A stretch of DNA of 64,000 nucleotides from Ignavibacteriales bacterium (GCA_035361425.1 DAOSCP010000002.1:65410-129409); one strand, 5' to 3'; shown: positions 1 through 12,061, numbered from the stretch's first letter. Numbers and translations: made by a program. Notes: generated by a model not told the origin, from the sequence alone.

Positions 1-1
1 T

Positions 2-559
2 ATTTTAGGTTGTCTTGATACTCCTACAAAGGGGCGTTATATATTAAATGATACAGATGTTAGTGTTATGAATGATAATCAACTTGCAAAAATTAGAAAT
101 AAAGAAATTGGTTTTGTATTTCAAACATTTAATTTGTTGGCTAGATCTACAGCACTTCATAATGTTGAATTGCCTTTAATTTATGCAGGGTTAGATAAGG
201 AAACTAGAATTGAAAAAGCTAAAAAGGCACTAGAATCTGTAGGATTATCTGAAAGAATGAATCATAAGCCAAATGAATTATCCGGAGGGCAAAGACAAAG
301 AGTGGCTATTGCTAGAGCACTTGTTACTAATCCATCTATTATACTGGCAGATGAACCAACAGGAAATTTAGATTCCAAATCTGGTGAAGAAATAATGTCT
401 ATTTTTTATCAATTGCACAAAGCTGGTAATACAATTATTGTTGTTACTCACGAAGAAGATGTTGCAAGGCACGCAGAAAAAATTATTCGTATTCGGGATG
501 GTAAAATTGAAAAAATTGAAAACGTTTATAACAGAATTATTCCAAAATCGGCGATGTGA
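2..559 (+). CDS. ABC transporter ATP-binding protein, MacB/LolD type (5' end cut by window edge)
   Basis: The frame is open from base 2 ([17 protein letters not shown]...). It has a Q-loop (FVFQTFNLL), ABC signature [15 protein letters not shown], Walker [12 protein letters not shown] and H-loop VVTHE. Stop codon at 557-559. Confidence 0.9.
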   Translation: MLGCLDTPTKGRYILNDTDVSVMNDNQLAKIRNKEIGFVFQTFNLLARSTALHNVELPLIYAGLDKETRIEKAKKALESVGLSERMNHKPNELSGGQRQRVAIARALVTNPSIILADEPTGNLDSKSGEEIMSIFYQLHKAGNTIIVVTHEEDVARHAEKIIRIRDGKIEKIENVYNRIIPKSAM

Positions 560-561
560 TT

Positions 562-1794
562 ATGAAACGCTATATATTTGAAATTAAAGAAAGTTTTATA
601 ATAGCTATACAATCAATATTGGCTAATAAAGTTCGAACATTTTTGGCAACTTTAGGCATTGTAATTGGCGTAACTTCCGTTGTGACTATGACAACAGCTA
701 TTAAAGGAATTGATACATCTTTTAATGAGGGTATAAGTTCCTTAGGTTCTGATAACTTATATATTGATAAATTTGCGTGGTTTACTAATGAAGATTTTTT
801 TAAGATCAGAAATAGACCAAATATAACTATTGAGCAAGTATATAGATACAAAGAATTAGCGCAACTTCCTATTGCTGTATCTCCTGAATCTAGAGTTTTT
901 ACTACGGTAGAGTTTAATAACAATAATACGCAAGTATTTCTAACCGGTGGCGATAAAGATTACTTAAAAACAACAAATTTTACTTTTGCACAGGGAAGAT
1001 TTTACAATGAAATTGAGGCTGAGGCTGGACGACCTGTTGCTGTTTTAGGTTACGAAATTGCAGAAAATCTTTTTAATAAAATAAATCCTATCGGAAAATA
1101 TATAAACATTAATGGAATTAAATTTAAAGTAATTGGTGTATTGAACAAACAGGGAAGTTTTATTCTTGGTGCTTTTAATCCAGATAAAATTGTTTACACT
1201 CCAATAAAAAATATATTCAAATATTTTTCTGATAGAAAATATAAAACTATTACAATAGTTGTTCGGGCAAAGAATACTGCATTATTAAATGATACTTATG
1301 ATGAAGCTATTTCCGTTATGCGTCAGGTTAGAGGTCTTAAATATGATGAGGAGGATAATTTTACAGTAAATAAACAAGATGGACTACAAGAACAATATAA
1401 TAAAACTGTCGGTATTATTCAAATTGCAGGGCTAATTATTACTGGTCTTTCGTTATTTGTTGGTGCTATAGGAATTATGAATATTATGTTTGTTAGTGTT
1501 AAAGAAAGGACACAGGAAATTGGAATAAGAAAAGCATTAGGAGCAACCAAAACTATGATAATGAGACAGTTTTTAATAGAGGCGTCTTTAATTTGTTTGC
1601 TTGGTGGAGTGATTGGGTTAATTTTAGCAATTATACTTAGTTTAATCATAAGGCAATTTTTGCCGACATCAATTCAATTTGGTGCTTTTATAGTTGCAAT
1701 TTCAATTTCTTTAATAACAGGAATTATATCCGGTATGGCGCCTGCTTATCAAGCTTCTAAACTTGATCCTGTTGATTCTTTAAGATATGAATAA
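562..1794 (+). CDS. ABC transporter permease, MacB-like (periplasmic domain + FtsX-type TM bundle)
   Basis: N-terminal TM (VRTFLATLGIVIGVTSVV), a ~250-aa extracytoplasmic insert and C-terminal TMs with GIRKALGATK and a terminal DPVDSLRYE. It abuts the ATPase gene. The ORF track starts at GTG 556; ATG 562 seems more likely. Confidence 0.85.
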   Translation: MKRYIFEIKESFIIAIQSILANKVRTFLATLGIVIGVTSVVTMTTAIKGIDTSFNEGISSLGSDNLYIDKFAWFTNEDFFKIRNRPNITIEQVYRYKELAQLPIAVSPESRVFTTVEFNNNNTQVFLTGGDKDYLKTTNFTFAQGRFYNEIEAEAGRPVAVLGYEIAENLFNKINPIGKYININGIKFKVIGVLNKQGSFILGAFNPDKIVYTPIKNIFKYFSDRKYKTITIVVRAKNTALLNDTYDEAISVMRQVRGLKYDEEDNFTVNKQDGLQEQYNKTVGIIQIAGLIITGLSLFVGAIGIMNIMFVSVKERTQEIGIRKALGATKTMIMRQFLIEASLICLLGGVIGLILAIILSLIIRQFLPTSIQFGAFIVAISISLITGIISGMAPAYQASKLDPVDSLRYE

Positions 1795-1806
1795 TCGGGA
1801 ATAATT

Positions 1807-3033
1807 ATGATCTGGGAAATATTAAAAATGGCATATATCACATTAGTAACCAATAAATTAAGATCCTTTTTAACAATTTTGGGTATTATTGTTGGTATAT
1901 TTTCGATTGTGGCTACATCAACAGTTGTTTCGATGTTACAAAATGGTATCGAAGAGGGAGTATCACAACTTGGTAAAAATACTTTTCAAATACAGAAATT
2001 TCCAGCAGTGCAAACAGGCGGACCTGACTCAAGAGCAAAATACCGCAACAGAAAAAATATCACTTACAGAGATTATTTGATATTGAAAGAAAAACTTTCG
2101 GGCGCTAAATATGTCGGCGCTGAAATGTGGACTTTTGGTAAAGTGATTAAGTTTAACAATAAAGAGACCAATCCAAATGTTAGTTTAGCAGGTATCACTC
2201 CCGAAGCTTTCCCTAATAATAAATGGAATGCAGATATAGGAAGACCTTTAACAGAAAACGATCTACAACACAGATATTACTATTGTGTGATAGGTAAAGA
2301 TATTGTAGATAAATTATTCGGTAGTATCAATCCTATTGGGCAATATATTAGAATTGATAAAGGAAAATTTCAAGTTGTTGGAGTTCTTGAAAAGCAAGGG
2401 CAATTATTTGGGCAATCGAGAGATAATTTTATTTTAATTCCGTTGACAACTTATCAAACTCTTTATTCAAATGATGAGCAATCTGTTAATATCACTGTTA
2501 TGACTGAAAAAGATAATTATCAAAAAGTGGTAGATGATGCAATTGGTATTATGAGAACTATTCGTAAAGTGGAGCCGGGCAAAGAAAATGATTTCGATAT
2601 TTTTAGTAATGAATCTGTTATGGAGCAGGTGAATAATATCACTAAATATGTTAGGATTGGCGCAATTGTTATCTCGTTTATATCACTTTTAGCGGCGGGC
2701 GTTGGAATTATGAATATCATGCTGGTATCTGTTACTGAAAGAACCAAAGAAATTGGAATAAGAAAATCTATTGGAGCTACAAAAAATAATATATTGGTGC
2801 AGTTTTTAGTTGAAGCTATTATGTTGTGCCTTGTTGGAGGAATTGTTGGAATTTTAATAGGTTATTTTTTAGGAACATATTTAGGCTCATTTTTAGGAGT
2901 TTCTCCTATTATTCCTTATGATACTATTATACTTGGGATAACAGTTTGCATAATGGTCGGTTTGATTTTCGGAACATATCCTGCTTACAAAGCGGCAAAC
3001 TTAGATCCAGTTGAGGCGTTAAGGTATGAATAA
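1807..3033 (+). CDS. ABC transporter permease, MacB-like (second paralogue)
   Basis: Same architecture as the previous gene: [28 protein letters not shown], and a C-terminal DPVEALRYE. Confidence 0.85.
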   Translation: MIWEILKMAYITLVTNKLRSFLTILGIIVGIFSIVATSTVVSMLQNGIEEGVSQLGKNTFQIQKFPAVQTGGPDSRAKYRNRKNITYRDYLILKEKLSGAKYVGAEMWTFGKVIKFNNKETNPNVSLAGITPEAFPNNKWNADIGRPLTENDLQHRYYYCVIGKDIVDKLFGSINPIGQYIRIDKGKFQVVGVLEKQGQLFGQSRDNFILIPLTTYQTLYSNDEQSVNITVMTEKDNYQKVVDDAIGIMRTIRKVEPGKENDFDIFSNESVMEQVNNITKYVRIGAIVISFISLLAAGVGIMNIMLVSVTERTKEIGIRKSIGATKNNILVQFLVEAIMLCLVGGIVGILIGYFLGTYLGSFLGVSPIIPYDTIILGITVCIMVGLIFGTYPAYKAANLDPVEALRYE

Positions 3034-3468
3034 TTAGCAAAAAAGATATAATTGTATAACTTATAATAAGTTATAAATCATTATTTTGCCACTTAAATTA
3101 TCAAGAATATCTTTTAATTTATTGATTTATTTGAATTCCCATCTTTGAGAATAAAGTATCAAGAAATACCTTTCTTGTTTATATAATCGAGTATTGATAT
3201 AGTGATAATTAGGAGTTTAATTTTAACAAAATAATCATTCCTTGATGAATAATAATTTTTTTTCTTACATTTGTATTGGGAAAAAAGATATTATTTTGTG
3301 TTTGCTATATACGAAAATAGAAGAAAAGAAATTAAAGTAGTGTGGGGAGGAGTTGGATTTTTGCCAATATTTATAATTACCTTTATCTATAAATAAGTGA
3401 AATAATATCTTTAAAAAATAATTTTTCTTTTTGAACACTATAGAAAAGGATAATAAGAGGTTTTAACA

Positions 3469-6032
3469 ATGATTAGAACAGAAACAAAACAATTTCAATA
3501 TGAAATTCAAAGCTACCAGGTGTTTACAGGGGTGTTAATATTTCAGCAATTAGACATTTTATTGGAACCTCGCATTTATCTGTTTTAATAATTACGCCAA
3601 GTTCCTTCAATCATAAAGGGTATATTTTGAACTGCCCATTAGATACAGAAGTTTATACACCAAGTCTTTTTGACTATGATCAAAATCTTCCAAAGACTTA
3701 TTTGGAATCTTTAAAACGCCTTAATCCTATTGTTATAATGGATGAACCTCACCGCTTTGATGGTGATGCTTTTAAAAAATATTTCAAAGGTTTTGATAAT
3801 TATTATTTGCGATTTGGTGCAACATTTCCCAATAAGAAAGATAGTTTGACTTTATCCAATGTAGTTTATGTTTTAGATAGTATTTCGTCTTTCCGTCAAA
3901 GTTTGGTTAAGAAAATTGTAGTTTATACACAAGATATAGTTGAAAATGCAGATACACTTGTTGCTATTGAAAATAGAAAAGGTATTGTAAATACACTTAC
4001 CAATGGTATTGTTGTAAGACGTGAATTGGGTGTTGGTTCAATTTCCAATGGAAAAAGCATTATGAAAATAACTAAAGACTCTATTGTTTTTTTAGTAGAT
4101 GATACTATTGAAAAGATTGATTATTCCTTGTCCGATGAATCCTTGCGGGCAATGATTAAAGAAACAATTAAAATTCATTTTGAAAAAGAAAAAGAATTAT
4201 TTGATAAGGGAATCAAAGCACTTACTTTGTTCTTTATGCAAAATGATATTAGTCTTTACAGAGGAGAAAACCCTAAAATAAAGAATATATTTGAAGAGGA
4301 ATATATTAGTAAGCGAAATGAGATTATAAATCAGCTTGACCCAAATTCGGAATATTACAAATACTTGCTAAATGATTTTGATAATGATGGAAATCTACAA
4401 GTTCATAGAGGATATTTTTCTGGTGATAAAGGTGACGCAGATGGAAAATAAAAGAAGGTGTTGACGAAATTCTAAAAGACAAAAAGAAATTGCTTTCATT
4501 TGAAAGTCCAACACGTTTTATTTTCTCTATATGGGCATTACTGTAAGGTTAGGACAATCCGAATGTTTTCACAATATGTAAACTTTCCAACCAGGGTAGT
4601 AAAATATTCAAATTGCAACAAATTGGACGAGGGTTACGCATTTGCGTAAATCAAAACTTACAGCGACAAACTCTTAAAAATTTAAATGACGACCAGGAAA
4701 CATTTTGGAAAATCAATAACCTTGATGTAGTTGTTTCCAATAAAGATCAAGGTTTTGTTGAGGCAACTCAAAATGAAATTCTTAGCAACTCATTCTTGAT
4801 TTCTGAAACATTTACCGAACAAGAACTCATTAAGATACTCAAAGAAAAATCGGGTTTTGATGATAACACTATCGATACTTTGGTGGAAGATGTTCTTAAA
4901 GGCAAACAATTGATAATTAGAAAAGCCATTGTTGATGGTCAAAGAATTTTTGAAAAGTCTCCCGATTTTGCCAAACTTCTTAAAGAACAAAACTTGCCCG
5001 AAGAACAGGTCAAAGTGATTGAAAACATATTTGCAACCGATACAAGCACTTATGTTCATAAAGCAGAATGGAAAAAAGAAAGTTTTTATTAAGTCAACGT
5101 ACTTGCAAGAGTTTCAAAACCTTTGGAATGCTATCAATAAAAATGCTTTCTATGTTTTAGAAAAACTCTCAAATGAACAGGAAAACCAATTAATTCAAAA
5201 TATAAAAAACGAAATTGAAAAGCTAAATATTGAAGAAATTTTGTTACATACTACTCGTGCAGAATTAAATCTAAATAAAATTGGTGAGCAAGGAGCAATA
5301 ACAGAAAAATTAACAGGCACTGTTTCCTATAAAAGCAAAGTTGATTATCTGGAATTTGTTCGCACTTTGTCCAACAACACCAAAACTCCATTTTCATTTG
5401 TAGTTAAGTTTTTCAATGCTTTAAGCAATGATTTTAAAACTAAAATTCTTAGTAACAATCCCGAACAGGCACAAAGAGAAATTACTGAAATAATCAACAA
5501 AAACTTAATTACAATGCTTAAAGTAAGCATTAAGTACGACGGCTTAAATGGAACAGGTTTGCCAAATGTTTTTAAAAACCGAAAACGGAAAAACCTATTT
5601 AGATACGAGAAGCACAGGCAAATTTTAAAAAGATATTGACCACGACTTTTCATTAAAAAACAAATGGGTATTTGAAGATGTTATTGAATATGATAGTGAT
5701 ATCGAATTAGAAATTGTGGAGCAAGACCCCGATATTGACAATATTGAAATTTTTGCTAAATTTCCATGCTTGAAAATCAAAACACCTTTGGGTGATTATA
5801 TAACCCAGATTTTTGCTATGCGATTAAAAGCACCCAAGGTAATAAAATATTATTGGTAGTAGAAGCCAAAGGTTATAATATGTCAACAGAAATACCTGAA
5901 AATAAAAAAGCTAAGATTGATTTTGAAAAAAAATAATTTGAAGCATTAAAAGAATACTACAAAAACCAAAACATTAAAATAACATTTAAAGAGCGTATAA
6001 ATAAAACTCAATTAGCAACTTTGATAAAATAG
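3469..6032 (+). pseudogene. res: Type III restriction endonuclease Res subunit (SF2 helicase + PD-(D/E)xK), multiply disrupted
   Basis: Collinear fragments lie in different frames. 3627-4451 carries DEAH-like motif II (VIMDEPHRF). 4613-5092 carries helicase motif VI (QQIGRGLRI). 5019-5639 is another fragment. A further frame at ~5799-5935 reads YNPDFCYAIK...LLVVEAKGY, the Res endonuclease motif. A tail fragment follows an A-run at ~5928-5936 and reads ...ERINKTQLATLIK*. I did not see the Walker A region between 3469 and 3627. Confidence 0.65.
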
Positions 6033-6042
6033 GCAAAAAACG

Positions 6043-7951
6043 ATGAATAAACAAGATTTTATAAACGCAGGTTTTTCAGTTGTTGATGGACAAAACAACG
6101 AAAGTAAATTATTGAAATTTATTAAAGAAAACTATCCAAGTGTTATTAAAGATAATGAAATTAACTTACAAGAACTTAAAGCCGTTTTAGGGTTACCAGT
6201 TGATGAAAAAGTTAACGGTTATGGACTTAATTTTGTCGGCCGTAATGTTGCCCGTGCAAAATATGCTCTAAAGACACAAAAAGAGCTAAAGCTCAACACA
6301 GCAATGAGCAAAAATATTGACACTACGCAAAATTTGGTATTAAAAGGCGATAACTTAGATTGTTTGAAAATCTTTAAAAGTTATTACAGTGGTAAAATTA
6401 AATGTATTTACATAGACCCACCTTATAATACCGATAGTGATGAATTTGTCTATCCCGATAAGTTTGATCGTGAAGAAGCGGAAGTTTTAGGGCTTACTAA
6501 TTCAAGCGAGGATGATTTTGCCCGTATGGAATTTAGCTTTAAAACCAAAAAGAGCCACAATGGTTGGCTTTCATTTATGTATACTCGCTTGCTTTTAGCA
6601 AGAGATTTATTTAGTGATGAAGGAGTTATTTTTATTAGTATTGATGATAACGAGCAGGCTAACTTGAAGTTACTTTGTGATGAAATTTTTGGAGGAGAAT
6701 TTTATAGGTATTATTTGCGTTGTAAATAACTTTAAGGGGCGATCAGATGATAAGTTTATTGCAACAGCTAATGAATTTTTACTTGTTTATGAAAAGAATT
6801 CAAAATTATATGAAATGGGAAGTTTTTCCACTTACATATGAAAAACTTAAAGAATACGATCAAGAAGATAAATGGGAAAAATATAAAGAAGTAGGTTTTA
6901 GAAAACTGGCAAGGGATGGAGACGAAAAAACCGTCCAAATATGTTTTATCCAATATATTTTAATGAAAAGACAGGAGAAATTTCTTTAAATCGCAAAAGC
7001 AAAGATGATATAGAAATATTGCCACTTAAAAGCGATGGCCAAGAAGGTAGATGGAGGTGGGGGAAAGAAGAATTTTTAAAAAGGAAGAATAGGAATATAG
7101 TAATTAGAAAAGTAAAAACAGGCAAATGGCAGGTTTTTACTAAAATGCGACTTAATGAAAATGGGGAAGAGAGAAAATTATTATCTAAATCTATTTGGAT
7201 AAGCCCTAACTATGACACAGCAAAAGGAGGAATGATAATTAATCAACTGTTTGGAAAAGATTTATTTGATAATCCTAAACCTGTAGAATTTATATCTGAC
7301 ATCTTCCGCATTTCTATTACTAAGAATTCTTTTATTCTCGATTTCTTCGCCGGATCCGGTACCCAGGGGACGCAGTTATGTAACTCAATGCTGAAGACGG
7401 TGGTAACCGTAAATTTATTTTATGCAGATTGATGAGCCAAGTAATGAAGATAAACCAGCTCCCCAGTTTTGTTTAGAAAACAATTTGACACCAGTAATTT
7501 CCAGTATAACTATTGAAAGGTTAAAACGAGCAGGCGAAAAATTAAAAAAGAAATTGAAGAACAAAATACCTAAAACGGAATGTTTGAAGAAAACAAAAAG
7601 CAAGTTCCCGATATTGGCTTTAAAGTATTTGATTTAGTTGATACCCCAAAATTAGAATTAGAAGAAGATGGACAAATAAAATTTCCTGAACTTACTAACG
7701 GTAACTTAAGCCGTATTTACAATATGATATTCAACGTTGGGTTAGATGAACCTACCCAGGTACCCGATGAAGTAAAGAAAGATTGCATTTACAAAATCGG
7801 CAACAATTATTACCCAATCAACAGCGAACAAATTAGCAAAGAAGAATTTACCTAGTGTATTAAAAATGGCAAATTATTTATAGATGGCTGGACAGCCAGC
7901 TTAAACGCTACTTTACAGTTCTACAAAGAGGATGTGAAGATTGTATTTTAA
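6043..7951 (+). pseudogene. mod: Type III (beta-class N6-adenine) DNA methyltransferase Mod subunit, multiply disrupted
   Basis: At least five collinear fragments (6043-6729, 6747-6989, 6941-7432, 7422-7637, 7580-7855) plus a C-terminal piece to 7951 (GKLFIDGWTASLN...). Motif IV DPPYNT is at ~6418-6435. AdoMet motif I DFFAGSGT is at ~7343-7366 and is followed by a frameshift and an apparent nonsense codon (AVM*LNAEDGGNRKFIL). Confidence 0.7.
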
Positions 7952-8490
7952 AAATTGCGAATTATTTTGGTAATATGCAAAATTTAAGTTTATAATAAAG
8001 TGTATAAATGAACAGTTAGATATTTCTTTAGTAATACTGAGAGCAATTTCATCAACATTAAAATTGTTTACAAACAATTAGAATTCGTTTAGCCAAGAGA
8101 ATCCTAAAAATATAAAAAAAATTGAAAATACATTTAACGCAGTTAAATTTATGCGTTTGCATGGATATTATTTAAACAAGAAGTTATCTAACTAGATAAA
8201 AAGAGCAAAACTTTGAATACTCTAGAAAATGCAATAAACAAGGTCTTTAGCTTATCCCGTATACAAACACGCTATTAAGTAAAACAAGATTAAAATTCCG
8301 TTTATTCAAAATATTTTGTTAAATCATCCAGTTTTCATTATTAGTTAAATACGAAATTTGAGTATTCTGTTTACTTTTCATAATTTTCTCCCTTTATCTT
8401 GTTCTAAAATAATAAAATTTATTATATTTCTTAAATTAAAACTTAATCATTAAATTTGTATTGTAAAATTAATAGATTTGGGAATTTTGA

Positions 8491-11400
8491 ATGCAGTTAG
8501 TTGATCAAGAATTTGCTGTTTTTATTTACAACGAAATTTATAGCTTATATACCAAAAATGAATTAACTACCAAAGATAGAATATTAAGATATCGTTCATT
8601 ATTAGAAGATATTTACAAAGAAATTGTCAAAAATGATAAATTTGTTAATCTAGTTGATTTAAATGCAAGAATAATTTATGTTTCGAAGGAATATAATATT
8701 AGTAAAGAAATTATAAATTTAGCTTATAAACTAAAAAGAATTTCTACTCGTGCAGCTTATGATCAATCTTTTCGACCAAATCAAAATGACGAAAAAGTTT
8801 GTTTATCTGTAATTTCAAACATTATAAAGCACATTTCCAGAATAGAAATACCAGAAGAAATATCTAATTTAATTAACGGTATTGATATTAAAATTTATGA
8901 TGAATATTCTACAAGAGATATTAAAAGTGAAAAATTTGATATTTTCGGTATAGTGCAAAACATTGATATTAGTCCGATGGAAACTGAGAAATTTATCATC
9001 TTAAAGTTATATACAGAAGAATTTGACCTAATTACTCTTAGAGTTTACAAAAATGATGATAATCTAATATATTGCGATCTTACTGAAATTGTGTATATGT
9101 TAAATTTATATGATAAATTATTCATTACCAATGCTATTGTTGTAAATAAAGAGCTTAAAGAATTCAAGACAGATAAAAAATCTATCATTGTTGTAAATCC
9201 TGATTATTTAATTGATGTTAAAGATATCGCTGAGTGTAGGCAGAATTCTTTTAATAACAATTCTAATGGCAGTATTAAAAAATGGTATGTTGATAATCAT
9301 TATTATTATTTTTTGAAACGCTTTAATGTTTCAAAAACAAACGAAAGTATGTTGTTGGGTAATGTTATCAATCAAGTTCTGGATGATATAGTAATTAAAT
9401 TTGCTGAAAATAAAGTTTATGAAAGAAAAGAAGTGCTGGAATCATTAAAAACTGCAATACAATATAATGCAATTGGTTTTTTAAGTATTGTTGATGATAA
9501 TGGTGAATACAATAATTCAAAAGTTAAGGAGATTTATGATTCAATTTATGAACAGCTGGATACATTATTTCATGTAATAAATGAATTCAAAGGAGGAAGT
9601 TTTTTAATCGAACCAACTTATATATCAAATAAATATGGTATTATTGGGCGATTAGATTTACAGATAGATTTTGAAGGTAACAGAAAAGATATAATTGAGT
9701 TAAAATCGTCGAAAAATTTTCCCCAAAATGGTTATACTTTGTATCATAATCATGAGGCACAAACATATTGTTATCACTTGCTGTTAAAATCTGCTTTTCC
9801 AAATAGAGAAGGGGAAAATTATATACTTTATTCAAGGGCAAATAAAGACCAAAATCCGCTTAGATACCTTTCAACTGCTGATAGATATGTTCAAATCCAG
9901 GATATGATGATGTTACGAAATAAGATTGTATATAATGAATTGAAAATTTCTCGGGGCGATTTTTCAATATTTGATGAAATATTAAACAATGAAGAAATTA
10001 ATTTTCCAGTATACTTTAAAGAGTTTTTTAAGGAATTCAAAGAAAATTTAAAGAATTTAAGTCAATTAGAAAATAAATATTTTTTTGAATATATCAGATT
10101 TATTTACAATGAGTTAAAAATATCAAAAATAGGTAATAATGATAGTTTTATCAAAAACAATGGTTTTGCAAGTTTATGGCTAGATTCTTTGCAAGATAAA
10201 ATGAATAATTATAATGTTTTAACTAAATTACAATTAGAAAATATAAACGAAGAGTTCCACATTAAGCTAAAACTTGATGGTAACTTATTTGATAATAATG
10301 CAAATATCACATCATTTAGAGAAGGTGATATAGTTCTTTTTTATCCTATGAAGGATGACAATACGGTTGAACCGCTATCCCAACAAATACTAAAAGGTTA
10401 TGTGCTGCAAATCTCTGTTGATTATGTTGTAATAAGTCTTTACAATAAACAGGTATCAAAAGAATACTTTACAAAATATAAGTTGTGGTGTATAGAAAAA
10501 GATTTCAGGGATATGAGTTATCGTCAGATGTTGCAAAATTTATATGAATTTATTAAATCTCCTGGACGAGTAAAAAATTTGGTATTTGGGCTTGAAAAAC
10601 CAATGTTTGAAGATAATATTGAGATGTTGCCAAATCAACTTGATAAGTATCAAAACAAAAATATTGAAAATGCATTAAAAGCAAAAGATTATTATCTGAT
10701 ACAGGGTCCTCCCGGCACAGGTAAAACATCTACTGTGTTAGTTGAAATTGTTAAAAATCTTACATTTGGGCAAAAAGATATTTTAATTCTTGCCTTTACT
10801 AATAGAGCAGTGGATGAAATTATATCAAAGTTAGTTGCAAATAACATAAATTGCATAAGAATTGGCCGAGGGGATGAAAATTATCATTTCGAAAATATCA
10901 TCAAAAATAACAAATTAAATGAATTGTATCGTATAGTAAAATCTACAAAAGTAATTGTATCGACGGTGCAAAGTTTTCTTGTAAATCTTGATTTGGTAAG
11001 CATAAAAAATTTTGGCACACTAATAATTGATGAAGCTTCCCAAATACTTGAACCGCAAATTGTTGGCATCTTAAAATATTTTGATAAATGGATTTTTATA
11101 GGAGATGAAAATCAATTACCTGCTGTTGTTCAACAAGAAGAAAATGATTTGAGGTGTAAAAGTAAAATCTTGCAGGGAATATCTTTAAATAGCTTTGGCG
11201 AATCACTTTTTTATCGATTAAAACTTAATGCAATTAATAAAGGTTGGAGTGAATGTTATGGAATGCTTCAAAATCATTATCGTATGCACGATGACATAGC
11301 TAAATTTATTTCAAAAAAATTTTATGGAAACTTATTGGTTGCCGCAACTGAAAAGCAAAAAGAAGCAATCAATAAAGAAATATTTATTGATCATAAATTA

Positions 11401-11904
11401 AAATGTTGTTTTGAAAATAGCCGGATAGTTTTTATTCCATCTATCATTGACAAAACTGCTAAAATAAATGATAATGAAGCCTATACGGTTGTTAAACTCA
11501 TTGAGTATATTGGTCAATGCTACGGTGAACAATTTGTCCCGGAGGAAACAGTTGGCGTGATAACTCCTTTTAGAGCACAAATTGTAAATATCAGGAATAG
11601 ACTTTCTAAAAAGTATCAAGCAATTACAATAGATACTATTGAAAGATATCAAGGAAGCGAAAGGGATATTATAATATTATCTTTTGCAGTAAATAATATC
11701 TCGCAATTAAAACGATTACAAATGATAAACGACTTAGGCGTAGATAGAAAATTGAATGTTGCATTATCAAGAGCAAAAAAACATTTAATTATCACCGGCG
11801 TTGAGGATGTTTTAACCAAAATTCCAATTTATAATGATTTAATCGAGCATATTAAAAATAATAAAGGATATATTGATTATTTCAATAAATTGATTTTAGA
11901 ATAA
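8491..11904 (+). CDS. Nuclease-helicase: RecB/Cas4-like PD-(D/E)xK domain fused to an SF1 Dna2/Upf1-family helicase (Dna2-like / Nhi-like)
   Basis: Intact 1137-aa ORF. Nuclease core: GRLDLQIDF...DIIELKSSK followed by a QxxxY-type EAQTYCYHLL (~9640-9790). Helicase motifs: I GPPGTGKTS (~10707), II LIIDEASQ, III GDENQLPAV, then YRMH, ITPFRAQ, YQGSERDIIILS and LNVALSRAKKHLIITG. I do not recognise the N-terminal ~380 aa. Confidence 0.8.
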   Translation: MQLVDQEFAVFIYNEIYSLYTKNELTTKDRILRYRSLLEDIYKEIVKNDKFVNLVDLNARIIYVSKEYNISKEIINLAYKLKRISTRAAYDQSFRPNQNDEKVCLSVISNIIKHISRIEIPEEISNLINGIDIKIYDEYSTRDIKSEKFDIFGIVQNIDISPMETEKFIILKLYTEEFDLITLRVYKNDDNLIYCDLTEIVYMLNLYDKLFITNAIVVNKELKEFKTDKKSIIVVNPDYLIDVKDIAECRQNSFNNNSNGSIKKWYVDNHYYYFLKRFNVSKTNESMLLGNVINQVLDDIVIKFAENKVYERKEVLESLKTAIQYNAIGFLSIVDDNGEYNNSKVKEIYDSIYEQLDTLFHVINEFKGGSFLIEPTYISNKYGIIGRLDLQIDFEGNRKDIIELKSSKNFPQNGYTLYHNHEAQTYCYHLLLKSAFPNREGENYILYSRANKDQNPLRYLSTADRYVQIQDMMMLRNKIVYNELKISRGDFSIFDEILNNEEINFPVYFKEFFKEFKENLKNLSQLENKYFFEYIRFIYNELKISKIGNNDSFIKNNGFASLWLDSLQDKMNNYNVLTKLQLENINEEFHIKLKLDGNLFDNNANITSFREGDIVLFYPMKDDNTVEPLSQQILKGYVLQISVDYVVISLYNKQVSKEYFTKYKLWCIEKDFRDMSYRQMLQNLYEFIKSPGRVKNLVFGLEKPMFEDNIEMLPNQLDKYQNKNIENALKAKDYYLIQGPPGTGKTSTVLVEIVKNLTFGQKDILILAFTNRAVDEIISKLVANNINCIRIGRGDENYHFENIIKNNKLNELYRIVKSTKVIVSTVQSFLVNLDLVSIKNFGTLIIDEASQILEPQIVGILKYFDKWIFIGDENQLPAVVQQEENDLRCKSKILQGISLNSFGESLFYRLKLNAINKGWSECYGMLQNHYRMHDDIAKFISKKFYGNLLVAATEKQKEAINKEIFIDHKLKCCFENSRIVFIPSIIDKTAKINDNEAYTVVKLIEYIGQCYGEQFVPEETVGVITPFRAQIVNIRNRLSKKYQAITIDTIERYQGSERDIIILSFAVNNISQLKRLQMINDLGVDRKLNVALSRAKKHLIITGVEDVLTKIPIYNDLIEHIKNNKGYIDYFNKLILE

Positions 11905-12061
11905 GTGCTGGAAAGTTATTTTTCAAGAAAAAAATATTGTCAAAGAATACTTTTTGCAAATATTACAATTTGATGAAAATCGATAATTTTGTATATTAGT
12001 TAGTAAATATTCAAGTTTAATATTAAATTAAAATACAAGGAAATATAGTGAGGAGTTTCCA

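Noticed and set aside
570-2747. ORFs 570-923(-), 1419-1649(-), 1889-2080(+) and 2520-2747(-) overlapping the two permease genes
   Set aside because: They lie fully inside well-supported MacB/FtsX permease genes, and their products are low-complexity and hydrophobic. These are typical alternative-frame artefacts of AT-rich DNA.
3055-3075. AT-only palindrome tataacttat-a-ataagttata after the second permease gene, as a terminator
   Set aside because: The stem is entirely A/T apart from a single G-C pair, and the loop is minimal, so predicted stability is low. It may still act weakly, but I cannot support it as a feature.
3340-3362. Possible att-site direct repeat (gtgtggggaggagttgg) matching the tRNA-Lys 3' half (caacttgggggactcgaac)
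   Set aside because: Only about 6-7 contiguous matching bases, which is indistinguishable from chance. I could not find a convincing repeat of the tRNA 3' end in 3034-3470 by eye, so a proper alignment is needed.
4790-7603. Minus-strand ORFs 4790-5059, 5345-5653, 6768-6953 and 7415-7603 within the decayed R-M region, as possible new small genes
   Set aside because: They are antisense to recognisable Res/Mod fragments. Their products are low-complexity and K/F/L-rich, as expected from AT-rich pseudogene DNA, and they carry no motifs.
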